Source of the DNA: Chiloscyllium plagiosum
Taxonomy: Eukaryota
Direction: 5' to 3'
DNA: 59,044 nucleotides
Assembly: GCF_004010195.1 (NCBI RefSeq)
Contig: NC_057718.1
Coordinates: 35,057,376-35,116,419, forward strand
Numbering within the stretch: the first letter of the stretch is position 1; each line of letters opens with the position of its first letter. Shown in pieces: positions 25,381 to 37,654 of this stretch. A program made the position numbers and the translations under genes. The notes under the pieces are model-generated. The model had not been told where the DNA came from. It saw only the letters and a list, made by a program, of their open reading frames with translations, and did no database searches.

Positions 25381-26599
25381 CAAAAGGGACAAAAGAATAA
25401 CAAAAAATAATGAGCACATGAGATTAGGCCCCTCCTTGTCGGAAAATATACACAACCACCTTGTTTCTGCACCGTGATTCTTGTCATTCTGAGGATCAGG
25501 TTAGGACACAGCAAAGTAACTGTCCTCAGTGTTTCTGGACAGAAAAGAAAAATGCTCAGCAATAATTTCCATTCCAGTTTATAGTCTAGTTATTCCTGTG
25601 AGAAGATAAGAACACTTAAATGGATGTTAAATGTCAAGAAACAGTAATTATCCATTCCTTTTCAATGGAATGTTGGATGAGGACAGGGCTGGTCCACCCA
25701 TTATAAATAAGCTTCCAATATGCTAACTGCCCAAGTTCAAGTAACTGTTCAGGCAAGGGACCTCTGTGTGACTGGTGCCTTCAGAACCATACTTCTCCAA
25801 TATTCACTGCTTCCAAGAGAACAGAAAATTTAAGAGAAATGTCATCTTTTAAAATTATAGCTATTCTGCCTGAGAATTATGGTCACATAAAGAGAGTGGT
25901 TCAGATGCATTACTGAGAAGCACATGTATCACTGAGCCTTTCCTAGTAAAATCATAAGATCCCAAACACAATCTTGCAATCTTTTGTGTGGAGACAAACT
26001 CCTGAGAACTCTTAATATTTGGCAACCCAAGTCAATTGTTTATATTGAATCAAAAGAAAAGTGGTAAATAAAGGTTAGCCGTAGCTTGCCTCAGTTGCCT
26101 TTTGCAATTTGTTTCTTTAATGATTCACTCTGAGTGGACAATTAATTGCTCAGCAAATGGTTCCAGTCATTTCATGTTGCCATAGCATAGCAATACAAAT
26201 GGAAAACTTTACTAACCTCTAACACTCATTGTTACATTAATGGTCTGGAGATTATAAAGTTTTAGGAACTGCTGTGTACCATGAGAAATGTTTTTGTTAC
26301 AGTAGATTAAACATTGCTTCAAGCCTTTTGAAGCATAACATGGCATGCCACAACTAAAGGCCCATCAACTCCTGTCAAGAAAGAATAGTCCATTGTACTG
26401 AAGTAACCCAAGGCAAGTTATGTTGAAGGGTGTGAAAGGAAACTTCTGCTGACTCAGGTATGAGGTAATCAGACCTGGATGTTTTTTTTCTTAAAAAATC
26501 AATTAACACTTAACAGTGAGTTATCCCCAAAAAATACATAATATAAGCTCTTAGTTATAAGGATTTCTTCAGTTTCCTACTGCAAATGTCTGAATCAAA

Positions 26600-27400
26600 A
26601 ATTGATCGATGGGGGGAAACATATCAAAACATGTCTGAACAATATGATTTAGTCCACTCTACATTAAAACTGTAATAACTAGCTTTACTGTGAAATTGAT
26701 CTAGTTTCAGTATTTGTTCAAATGTGTTTTCATTGCATTGCTTGCATTGACTCACTCTTTAGTGACAAAAAGCAGGAGTTTTCTGCCAAAACTTTGTGAA
26801 GTTTATAACCATCAAGGACATTTCCTGTCCAGAAATTAACTGTACTTATAATGACAAACACTATATTTTGGCAAAATGATTTGTTCCAGAATATTATGAT
26901 TCATTTTCTCCTGCATTTTATTGTCATAATACTTATCTGTAAGGCGTATCTTTGTTCAGAAGTCAGTAACTCATGGATCCAGTGTGCCCTATGTATTTAT
27001 ATCTAAGTAAAAGTATAGTGCAGCAGGTAATACAGCTTTGTCATTGCCTCAATTTCTTCACTTGACCAACATGGATTCATATTTGAGTTTCTTGGAACAG
27101 ATGAGTGAAGCTGTTATAACAGGTTTTGAAGAGAATGTTGCTTTTGCGCTCTAGGAACAGCATTTGCAAGGCCTATTTTGTTCTGTCTGATGATGGAAAT
27201 GATGCAAATCTCAATAAGACCAAGAGAGCCCAAAGTGACTATTTCACACCCAGATATTTTATCATATATGAATCGATCATTTTTTGCCAGGCTAAGTATT
27301 ACACAAATCAATCTGCCAAAGAATTTATTCACTATTTATCAAATAATTTTGGTAATTGGCAACAAGGACTCAATGATAATACGTTTTTAAGAAATATGAA
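26600..27400 (-). mobile_element. Possible ancient L1-like ORF2 remnant
   Basis: The - strand contains MIKYLGVK (IKYLG RT motif, ~27240-27265) and, downstream, KLYYLLH...HWIHE, loosely like L1 ORF2. Many stops. Confidence 0.25.
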
Positions 27401-29262
27401 CTCAAGTTATGTTTAATTCTAGGCATTAAACTAGTTATATGTTAATTGCCTGTTAAGCACTCTGCAGTATTTATATTCAGCTGACTTCATAACATCAGAC
27501 AATGCAGATCCTTTTTCAGTGTTATTTTAGTTACACCCAACTAGTTGAGTGGCAAGTATATAACTAGACTGCTGGATTTGACAGCAACAGTATTTGTTAT
27601 TTGTTTTTTTTTCCCCCCAAGATAGTTATGTGGTCTTTCTATAGTGTAAGAAGGGAGAGTAATAATGCATTCCTTTAAATACTGGGAGAGACGACCAAGA
27701 ATTCTCAACTGAAACAAATAACATATTGTAATTTTTAAACCAACAGGCAAAGAAGATCCTGTAATGGTCAGTAATGTCAAAAGCAACATTGTCACATTGT
27801 AAGGTATCAACTTTTTGTACCTAATATTGGATCATCCTGGTGAGTTACAATACAGCTACATACACACCATCCCAACAATGTGTTTTACCAATAGTTGACA
27901 GGAGCTCCCATGCTTGTTCCAGGGTTTTGTTGCCCCAAATTGCTGGAGATTCCAGTTAAAGTAATACAGTGCCAGATTGAATTTTGTGCTGTGTATTTGC
28001 ATTCGAGGGGAGCTGAAATTAAGTTGTTCCACTTCATTCCTCTGAAGACCAACAAGGAAAGTATCCTATATTCCACAAAAGAAAGCCTCAATCATGATTT
28101 GTATTTGCTAATGTCCACTGCTCAGTAAATGTGAGAATTATTAGTTGTGATACTCCACGTATCTATGATCAGGCAAGCCTATACCCTGAAAAGGTATGTT
28201 TGACACCATACCATGTGATATTGTGACATTATGCCATCTGACATTCTTTTCTGAAAGTTTAGCTCCATGTTGAATAACAGTCACTTAAATGATAGAACCC
28301 AGACAATACTGATGTATGTTGTAGCTCATATATTTGTTTTGTGAATAAAAAACATATATGTGGTCAACCTGACACACCCTATTGAATACCTTAAAAGACC
28401 TGAAGTGTTCACTATAACAAACATTATATATATCACAGAAAACAATGCATAACTCAGACTGTGAGATATAAATAAATAAATGTACAACTGCTAACATTAT
28501 TCCATTTGCACTCCTTCAACAATGTGTATTCAGGCAAATGCCACATTGCAATGAAGTCCATACATGACAACCTCACTGCCTACAATGGATCAGTGACTCC
28601 ATGCATTGGTGTTGCTCACCTTAAATGTCAACATAGTTCTTTTGGATGGACAGTGGGAACTTTCTAAGTGGCTACATCAATAGATTTGGTCATTGTTGGT
28701 TTACTAGTGTGCATGAATTGTTACATCATAATGATCCATGAGTTGACAGAAATATTTGCCGTGATATCAGGATAGTAGAGAAAAGATTTCAATCCAACCA
28801 CCATCTTACAAATTTGTATCCAGATTGGCTTGGCACTATGGAAATTTCTAAATGGACACAATCCTATACTCTAAAGATGACATTCAATCTAGTGTCAACT
28901 GTCCTTGTAAATATACTGCCCTTGTATGAGACCAACTCAAAATGGAACAAAATACAACAATGGAACACCATTTTTTGTAAGATAAAGCACCACACTGATA
29001 TGTGCAAATCCATCATTTGGACACTAATAAAAAGTGGCACCGTACACATATGCTTGGAGAACAGATGACTGAATCTTGTATTGAAAAAATCTCACATAAA
29101 TGTCTCTGGAGGAGCTCAACGCTAAGTTCCCCAGCACTAAATGCTTCTTCAAGTTAGATGCAATAAAAAAAAACTGTCAGCAATCCGTACATCTTTTGTT
29201 TGATTCACAAGACCTATTTTATGGATACCTTTTGTTAAATATTGCTTTTTACAACTACCACT

Positions 29263-29614
29263 GGGGTTGCATGGTGGCTCAGTGGGGGGTGGCACAGTGG
29301 TTAGCCCTGCTGCCTCATAGCGCCAAGAACCTGGGTTTGATTCCAGCCTTGGGCGACTGTCCGCGTGGAGTTTGAACATTCTCCCTGTGTCTGGGAGGGT
29401 TTCCTCTGGGTGCTCCAGTTTCCTCCCACAATTCAAAGATGTGCAGGACAGGTGAATTCGCCATGCTAAATTGCTCATAGTGTTCAGGGATGTGTAGGCT
29501 AGATGCATTAATCAGGGATAATTTATAGGGTAGGGGTCTGCATGGGTTACTCATTAGAGGGTCAGTGTAGACTCGTTGGGCCAAAGGACCTGTTTCCACA
29601 CTGTAGGGACTCTA
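29263..29614 (+). mobile_element. HE1-type tRNA SINE inserted in the Gypsy RT
   Basis: Tandemly duplicated A-box (ggtggctcagtgg / ggtggcacagtgg), HE1 body and CR1-like tail. Confidence 0.9.
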
Positions 29615-30662
29615 ATAAAAGCCATTTGATGACTACAATAAATCAAATCAAATTATTCATGAGTCAGGATATGATTCAGCAGCACATGGACCTAATTATA
29701 AAAGATGTTCAAGGTTCTCTTTGTTTTGCTGATGATACTGTGGTCCTAGGAAAGACCAAGCACAAGCATCACAGCAATCTCCATCAATGTCATAAAGACA
29801 GCAAAGTAATACAGTCTCATCTTTAACAGCAAGAAGAATCAAATTATTACAACTAAAATAGACATCTCTGGTTCCAGATGCTCATTCAGCAGTATCAGAC
29901 CTGACCTTGCAAAGATTGAACATCTATGGAACATGCCTGTACCCCAGCATTAAAGTGACCTGGGGAGCTGGCCTGACTTCTTCAAATTCCTATTACCAAA
30001 CATCCCAGGTTTTGTGACTAGAGTCTTTCCTCTCACAGATTTTCTGTGTTAATATAAACCATTTCAGTTCAAGATGATCAACAATGTATCTCTAAGATCT
30101 TGAAAGATGCTCTTCCATCTAGCAAAAACATTCTTCAGTACAATGACCGGTTCAAAACCTACCATTCTGGAAAAAGACACATCTCAAAAAGAACTTGGTG
30201 TATGACAGGCCAATAAGCCAATATCACATTTGGATCCAAAGCCCTTATTGCAGCCCAGGCAAACTATTCCAATATTGAAAGGAGAGCTAGTGTTTGGAAT
30301 ATGACAATTCCACACATACCTGTGCAGCAAATACATTGTAGTCTAGACTGATCAGAAGCTTTTCGAAATTATTTGCAGAAGACACTTATGAATAAACCAC
30401 CGCAGATCAACATCTTCTCATCACAAACCACCAACAGTGCAGAAGAAACTGGGATTCAAGTTCATAACCTTGGGCATTCGGAGTCACCAAATCCAGCTAA
30501 TAATATATGTACCATAGATCTGCACATGGATATCATTGAGTATGTGGTATAGGACAATCTTCAAATTGATTTCATTCGCTTTCATCTTAACTGAGCAAAA
30601 TGTAAGTTTAACATACCACACCTGATGATGGCCAGCTACAGGAGCTGAAAAACATCATCATT

Positions 30663-32075
30663 GGTCACCACGTTCTGAGTCTCCCTATTGAGGAGGGCGG
30701 TCAGTCGCTGGTGTGCGTCCGCACCCAGGTCGCGACGTTCCACCTTCAGACCTTGCGGCGATACCTTTACGTTGAGCCTCCTCCTAGGTGGTGCGCCCTG
30801 GCGACGTTTTTTTCCGCCAGGTGCGTTACCTCAACTACGACACGCAGCTCCTGTTCGCCGACCGTGACGACGCTGCCTATCTTTTACCAGGACCTGATCA
30901 CTGTCTGGAACATGGTCGAATCGCGTCACGCCTACCCTCCGGCTGGAGTAGCAGCTGTCGTCAGGGAGCCGTTGCTCAGGAATCCGTACTCGCAGGTTCG
31001 AGTGGCTGTCGGAGGGGAGGGCCATGGCGGTGAGGGTGACCAGGGTCGGGGACGTGCTGGGTGCTGGGGGCCTGGGCTGGACGCTACCGCAGGACATAGC
31101 GAGCAGGGCAGCGGTAGACATCCGGTACGTGGCCACTGCCATCCGACGCCTTAAAATGGCGGTGCTCGGACCCGACGTAGTGCACCAGTTGGAGGACGCT
31201 CAGGTGTGNNNNNNNNNNNNNNNNNNNNNNNNNNNNNNNNNNNNNNNNNNNNNNNNNNNNNNNNNNNNNNNNNNNNNNNNNNNNNNNNNNNNNNNNNNNN
31301 NNNNNNNNNNNNNNNNNNNNNNNNNNNNNNNNNNNNNNNNNNNNNNNNNNNNNNNNNNNNNNNNNNNNNNNNNNNNNNNNNNNNNNNNNNNNNNNNNNNN
31401 NNNNNNNNNNNNNNNNNNNNNNNNNNNNNNNNNNNNNNNNNNNNNNNNNNNNNNNNNNNNNNNNNNNNNNNNNNNNNNNNNNNNNNNNNNNNNNNNNNNN
31501 NNNNNNNNNNNNNNNNNNNNNNNNNNNNNNNNNNNNNNNNNNNNNNNNNNNNNNNNNNNNNNNNNNNNNNNNNNNNNNNNNNNNNNNNNNNNNNNNNNNN
31601 NNNNNNNNNNNNNNNNNNNNNNNNNNNNNNNNNNNNNNNNNNNNNNNNNNNNNNNNNNNNNNNNNNNNNNNNNNNNNNNNNNNNNNNNNNNNNNNNNNNN
31701 NNNNNNNNNNNNNNNNNNNNNNNNNNNNNNNNNNNNNNNNNNNNNNNNNNNNNNNNNNNNNNNNNNNNNNNNNNNNNNNNNNNNNNNNNNNNNNNNNNNN
31801 NNNNNNNTTTGATCACACAGCACTGCCCTTTGATGTGAAGGGCAGTGTTTGTCACTGGCCACTCGGGTATTTTCCTATCTTCCTGGTGGTGGAATTTGAA
31901 TAAAGATTCATGCACTTTGTGTCTTTCACTGTGTCTCACACCTGCACACACACACCATGGGTGCTGGGGATAAAATAAGCACTACCGCACTTAGGCGGTA
32001 GTGTGGGGGTTAAATTAAAAAAAAGAACAAAAAGAGAAAAAGAAAAAAACAGAAAAAAAAAGAAAAGAAAAAAAA
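30663..32075 (+). mobile_element. Young 5'-truncated L1-Tx1 LINE spanning a gap, with poly(A) tail and TSD
   Basis: VLSLPIEEGGQSLVCVRTQVATFHLQTLRRYLY is a typical Tx1 ORF2 post-RT motif. GC- and CpG-rich. A-rich tail at ~32011-32075. aaaaacatYatcatt occurs at 30648-30662 and 32071-32085. Linkage across the gap is inferred. Confidence 0.8.
31209..31807. other. Assembly gap (599 N)
   Basis: Run of N. Confidence 1.
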
Positions 32076-32086
32076 CATTATCATTA

Positions 32087-33262
32087 TGGAATTTGGTTTG
32101 CTTGCTGAGCTGGAAGGTTCGTTTCACCATACTAGGTAACATCTTCAGTGAACCTTCAGATGTAACACTGGTGGTATAGCCTGCTTTCTATTTATGTGTT
32201 TGAGTTTCCTTGGGTTGGTGAAGCCATTTCCTGTGGTGATGTCATTTCCTGTTTTTTCTCTCAGGAGGTGATAAATGGTATCCAAGTCAGTGTGTTTGTT
32301 GATAGAGTTCCATGTTTCTAGGAATTCTCATGCATATCTTTTTTTGGCTTGTCCTAGGATGGATGTGTTGTCCCAGTCGAACTGGTGTCCTTCCTCATCT
32401 ATATATAAGAATACTAGTGAGCGTGGGTCATGTCTTTTTGAGGCTAGTTGATGTTCATGTATCCTGGTGGCTAGTTTTCTACCTGTTTGTCTAATGTAGT
32501 GTTTGTTACAGTTCTTCCAAGGTATTTTGTAAATGACATTAGTTTTGCTTGTTGTCTGTACAGGGCCTTTCAAGTCCATTAGCTGCTGTTTTAGTGCGTT
32601 GGGGGGTTTGTGGGCTACCATGGTGCCAAGGGGTCTGAGTAGTCTGGCAGTCATTTCCGAGATGTCTGTGATGTAGGGGAGAGTGGCTAGGGTTTCTGGA
32701 TGTGTTTTGTTTGCTTGTTTAGATTTGTTGCTGAGAAACCTGCAGACTGTGTTCATTGGGTACCCGTTCTTTTTGAATTCGCTGTATTTTCCTCTGCTCT
32801 GTGTAGTTCCTCTGTGCTGCAGTGTGAGGTGGCTCATCGAAATAATGTTCTAATGCAGCTCTGTTTGTGGGTGTTGGGATGATTGTTTCTGTAGTTCAGT
32901 ATCTGGTTGTTTTCCTGTGGATGCTGGTTTGAAGTTCCCCATTGGCTGTTTGCTCTACTGTGACATCTAGGAATGGCAGTTTGTTGTTGTTTTAGTGAAT
33001 TTTATGCCAAGTAAGGATATTATTGATGATCTTGAAAGTTTCCTCTAATTTGTTTTGTTGAGTGATGACAAAGGTGTCATCCACATAATGGACTCAAAGT
33101 TTGGGTTGGATGGTTGGCAGAGCTGTTTGTTCGAGTCTATGGATTACTGCCTCTGTTAAGAACCCTGACATCGGAGATTCCATGGATGTGCCATTGGTTT
33201 TTCTGTCTTTTTTGTTGTTGAAGGTGAGGTGGGTGGTAAGGCATAGGTCCACTAGCTTAATA
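32087..33262 (-). mobile_element. Penelope-like element (Penelope/Poseidon type), RT plus GIY-YIG, left arm of an inverted pair
   Basis: ORF 32328-32837 reads NGYP...LPYITDISE...NVIYKIPWKNCNKHYIRQTGRKLATRIHEH. HYVDDTFVI lies at ~33065-33090. Confidence 0.9.
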
Positions 33263-33270
33263 TCAAATCA

Positions 33271-33420
33271 TAGGGATTTCCGATATCAGGGTCCACGACG
33301 TGGATGACACCTTTATCATCACTAAATGAAACAAATTAGAGGAAACCTTCAAGACCATCAATAATACCCTTACTGGCATAAAATTCACTAAAGAGGAGGA
33401 AAACAACAAACTGCCATTCA
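33271..33420 (+). mobile_element. Same PLE family on the + strand, RT fragment (start of the right arm)
   Basis: gtggatgacacctttatc (VDDTF) through IKFTKEEENNKLPF. Confidence 0.8.
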
Positions 33421-34325
33421 GGGAACTCATTCTACGAGGTCTACACAGCTGACCTTGTTACAATCACTGCATCACTCGCCCACTGAATCTGAGGACATAG
33501 GCTGCACCTTTTCCTTGGAAAGCTTCCTGGGGGTGTTTTACCACCAGGTCAGGTTCTTCTGACTTGGAATCCAACACGGGAAGCGTGTAAAGCACAGGAA
33601 CTCTCCCTTTACTCCAGGAACACCTCGGTAGAATTTCACTCCCTGCTTTCAGTGGCAAAGACAGGGAGGCAGCTACTCCAGTTATTTCCATCTCTGATTC
33701 AGGGGACTCGAGAATGCTTGAAGGAGAGGGTGGATCCACAGCTTCCAGCAGCATTTCCCAAAGTTTTTGAGGGATGGGGCACAGTTTGCTCCTGCACCGT
33801 TTGTGAAATTGCAGCTTTCATTCAGGAATGTTGCACGGAGCTGAATGTTGTACATTACTGGCCCTGATTTCACATCGACCATGCCTCTTACTGATGCCTT
33901 GTACGTGATTCTTATATCAAACTGCATACCCTGTATCAAACTATCTTTTGCATTTGGCAGAGTCTTGGTTCCAGCATTAGAGATCTTGATACCATTTCAC
34001 ACTCTCCTCGGTTTGGGAAGATTTAAACCTGTCCTACCCATTAGTGACTCTGCTGGTGCTGTCCCTGTAGTAGCATATGGCATCGTCCTTTAATCAAACA
34101 GGAACTGTGACAGCTTGGTGTCTAGTGAGACTATATGCTGTTTCTTCAATCCAGTCTTCAAAGTTTGGACAGCCCTTTCTGCCAGGCCATTGAGTGAGGG
34201 GTGGTATTGAGCTGCCCTCAAATGTTGAATCACATTTGACTTGAAGAAACAACTAAATTCCCTGCAGGTAAATGATGGCTGTTAGCTGTGACTAACACTT
34301 CCCGGACTCCGTATATTGTAAACAA
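33421..34325 (-). mobile_element. Gypsy integrase / PPT / LTR-start fragment from a second family
   Basis: The - strand reads EVLVTANSPSFTCREF..F.KSN.IQH.RAAQYHPSLNGLAERAVQTLK. It ends in a purine tract followed by gtgatgcagtgattgtaac. Confidence 0.8.
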
Positions 34326-34346
34326 TGTGCACAAATTTTCTATTAG

Positions 34347-34693
34347 CCCTCCAACCGCAGGGGATGAACTTGGGCTTCACCAGTTTCTTCATCCCCCCTC
34401 CCCCCACCTTGTCTCAGCCGGATCCCTCCCGCCCGGCACCGCCTTCCTGCCCTGCAGTCTTCTTCTTGCCCTCTCCGCCTCCACCCTACTCCGACCTATC
34501 ACCTTCACCTTTACCTCTTTCCACCTATCACATTTCCAACGCCCCTCCTCCATGTCCCTCCTCCCTACCTTTTATCTTCTCCTGCTGAACACTCTCTGCT
34601 CATTCCTGAAGAAGGGCCTGTGCCCGAAACGTCGAATCTCCTGTTCCCTGGATGTTGCCTGACCTGCTGTGCTGTTCCAGCAATAAAGTTTCA
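34347..34693 (+). mobile_element. Young PLE 3' end / pseudo-LTR (Neptune-like family)
   Basis: LQPQGMNLGFTSF ORF end, a pyrimidine-rich pLTR homologous to 55260-55600, and preserved CpGs. Confidence 0.8.
34602..34637 (+). ncRNA. Minimal type I hammerhead ribozyme with intact core
   Basis: ATTC-CTGAAGA-A-GGGC-ctgt-GCCC-GAAA-CG-T-C-GAAT. Stem I is ATTC/GAAT, stem II is GGGC/GCCC, and palindromic ACGT replaces stem III. Predicted cleavage after C34633. Confidence 0.8.
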
Positions 34694-35237
34694 GACCCTG
34701 TACAGACAACAAGCAAAACTAATGTCATTTACAAAATACCATGCAAGGATGGTAACAAACACTACGTTGGACAAACAGACAGAAAACTAGCCACCAGGAT
34801 ACATGAACTTCAACTAGTCACAAAAGGACATGACCCACTCTTACTAGTATTCTTACATAAAGATGAGGAAGGACACCAGTTCGACTGTGACAACACATCC
34901 ATCCTAGGACAAGCCAAATAGAGACACGCATGAGAATTCCTAGAAGCATGGCATTCCAACTGGAACTCTATCAACAACACATTGACTTGAATACCATTTA
35001 CCACCCCCGGAGAAAAAGAACAGGAAATGACATCACCACAGATAATGGCATCACCAGCCTAAGAAAACTCCAACACATAAATAGAAAGCAGGCTATACCA
35101 CCAGTGCTTCATCCGTAGTCTCACTGATGATGTTACCTAGTATGGTGACGTAATGTCTGAAAATGAACCTTCCAGCTCAGCGAGCAAACCTACATCCAGA
35201 GCCTCAACCTGAGCTACAAATCTTCTCAAAACTCACT
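34694..35237 (+). mobile_element. Penelope/Poseidon-type PLE 3' part (GIY-YIG plus pLTR), end of the right arm
   Basis: DPVQTTSKTNVIYKIPCKDGNKHYVGQTDRKLATRIHE. Degenerate hammerhead at 35121-35160 (TCA-CTGATGA-T-GTTACC-tagtat-GGTGAC-GTAA-TGTC-TGA). Confidence 0.9.
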
Positions 35238-37654
35238 AACATCATCATTGGCATGTGCCTGAACACATTAAGCAGGTCCTTGAACAAGAATGATCCTTTG
35301 GCCTACCTAGAAATGTCATTTAAAAGAGTACAAAGTATTGATTCCCAAAACCGATGTGAGAGCATGTTGGACCAGATCAACTTTAGTCACATGGGTGCAG
35401 GGTAAACCAAAAGTCTAGCATGCAAATCTGTTTATTGACCTGGCATTGACAGACATCAATTGATACAATTGTGTGTGGTTTAACGAATCCATCAATCCCA
35501 GCAACATTAAGAACCACTTAGGGCACTTGAAGTTGCCTCTGAATCACAAGCAAAGAAAACTACAGACTTACTTCAAATGCATAATTTTCCTTTTATTAGG
35601 TATGTCAAAGATATTACCAGTACAGCAGTTGCTTACATGTTAACTGCCACCTTCAGTATGTTTGATGTCCCACAGCAAATCATGTCAGACAATGGTCTTT
35701 AAATGTCAGCAAGCCATTCCAGGACATGTGCAGGAAGTGGGGTTTGCACACAAATTACATTCTATCCACATTTTCCGCAATCAAGTGTTTTGGTAGACCT
35801 TACTGAATGCACAGTTAAAGCAATGACCACCAAGTGTGAGACATCTCATGAAAACTTCAGGATTGCCATGTTCAACTCGTGAGTTACACTTCAAAGTAAG
35901 GACCTTGCCTGCACCTCTTATTGGAATACAAGTGAGCATGATTCTACCATCTTAAACGTGTTCATCTCAACTGGACCCGTATGATTTTTTTTAAAGCAAA
36001 GGAATGTTTCAAGAACATGATCCAAGAGCACATAAACAATTACCTCAGCTTCAAGTAGGTCAAAACGTGACACAATTACACGCTTGGATAAGTGGAAGGG
36101 TACAGGAAAAATATGCTCGTCCCAGACCATACAACATTGCTATGAGCAAAAGTCATGTTCTAAAATGGAACAGAAGGCGCATTTAAATTGCACATAATAA
36201 TTAATAGGTAATCCAAGATGATGATTCAGACACTGAAAGTATTGTGTCACCACCAAATAACAATATGTCCACTGTGAACAATCCACACCAATCTACAATA
36301 GCAGACAATACATAAAAGTGTGAAACTGTGCAATACACCCTAAGGACTGTGCAGGAACTTATCTGGTCACATTATTTGTTTGCTGAAATGTTATTCCAAC
36401 GTGCAAAGATACGTCCATACACATTCTGTTATGTTTTATCTGTATTCTCGTCTCATCAGAGAAATTCTACTCTTTGAAGAGGGATGTTTGAACAATGTAT
36501 ATGATTCTCAGCATGTACCTTTAAGAGAGCTAGCTTTAACACCATACCATGTCATATTATGGCATCATACGATGTGATATTCTTGTACGTGAATTCCATT
36601 TTGAATAACAATCATAGTACTTCAGAAACCATCAGGAAAGTCAGTTTGCCAAACAACCTCTTAAGGTCCCAGACTAAACAGATGTCTATAATTAAGTTGT
36701 AATGTATTTGGTTATTTTCTGAATAAATCTGATACTTGTTCTCAATAGGAACTCTGTCTCAGTATTCATGTTGCATGAGCCATAATGAGAGAAGAACAAT
36801 TTATTATTCTCTTTTATTACAGTGATCATTAATTGTCAGTAGGTATCATTTGCAATGTTACAATACTGTAAGGCCAAAAGACATAGGAGCAGATGTAGAC
36901 CATTCAGACCATTGAGTCTGCTCTGTCATTAAATAAGATTGTGGCTGATCTGATAATCTTCAACTCCATTTGCCTGCCTGAGCATTTAAACTTAACATTA
37001 ACATAAGTCAAAACAACTTGAATGATTCAACAGTCTGGGCTTTCATCAGCATCAAAATGACCCTCTGCTGGGACTACCAGTAACTCAAGTACGTCACCAA
37101 AATCAAAACTCACAAAAATGTTGTGCTGTTCTATTGATGATTCAGAGGTGAATATTCTGTGTTCTGCAGGAGGTCCAGGATCAATTCACCAATGTCAGGA
37201 TAGAGTAGGAAAATGGCATTGAGGTGGGTTATCAGCTATTATCTCAAATGGCAGATCAGGCTCAAGGGGCTGAATGGTCTGCTCTTGTTCTGATGATCCT
37301 AAAATAATTTCAACTGGATCTCAGTTAACATACATCAACTGACTGATAATCGAATGAAGATGTGTCATGTGAGGTTTTCTGTGTTAATGTGTGCAATTGT
37401 CAGCAATGATTTCTGTTCACCTTTGTCTGCTACAAAATATAATAACTGGAAATGATATAATTGAATTTAATGTTCATTTAATCATTGTTAATGATGATTA
37501 ATATGATGGTTATTGTTTTGTTTTTAATCTAATTTTGATAATGCTTGATTCTATGCCTTTCGTTTTAGCTCAACACCATTTGTCATTTGCCAATTTGTTT
37601 TGAGAGAACTCCTGGGGGATTTCAGGATTTATGAACATGTACCAAAGACAGCGA

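Larger units (their letters stand above)
28146..36730 (+). mobile_element. Decayed Ty3/Gypsy provirus with both LTRs, gag largely missing, carrying nested insertions
   Basis: Protease-proximal ANIIP and LTAYNGS at 28485-28595. RT motifs HTD.C...ICL, SLEELNAKF...FKLDA and CFADD (~29725). RNase H ANYSNIE (~30260). Integrase SHMG...LA.KSVY*PGI and IMSDNG (~35685). PPT gaagaggga then TGT at 36485. LTR cores 28203-28248 and 36539-36584 match at 38/46 bases. The distal LTR boundaries are approximate. Confidence 0.85.

Noticed and set aside
27291..27351. Possible + strand exon AKYYTNQSAKEFIHYLSNNF
   Set aside because: The splice signals are plausible but there is no recognisable homology, the sequence is AT-rich, and it overlaps a possible antisense L1 remnant.
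30619..30660. Hammerhead-like CTGATGA...AGCT...AGCT-GAAA
   Set aside because: It lies in Gypsy pol coding sequence (PDDGQLQELKN), stem II does not abut the core, and there is no convincing stem I or cleavage triplet. Likely chance.
31024..31951. Long ORFs of 210-266 aa
   Set aside because: Mostly X from the 599-N gap. Only the first part is Tx1 ORF2.
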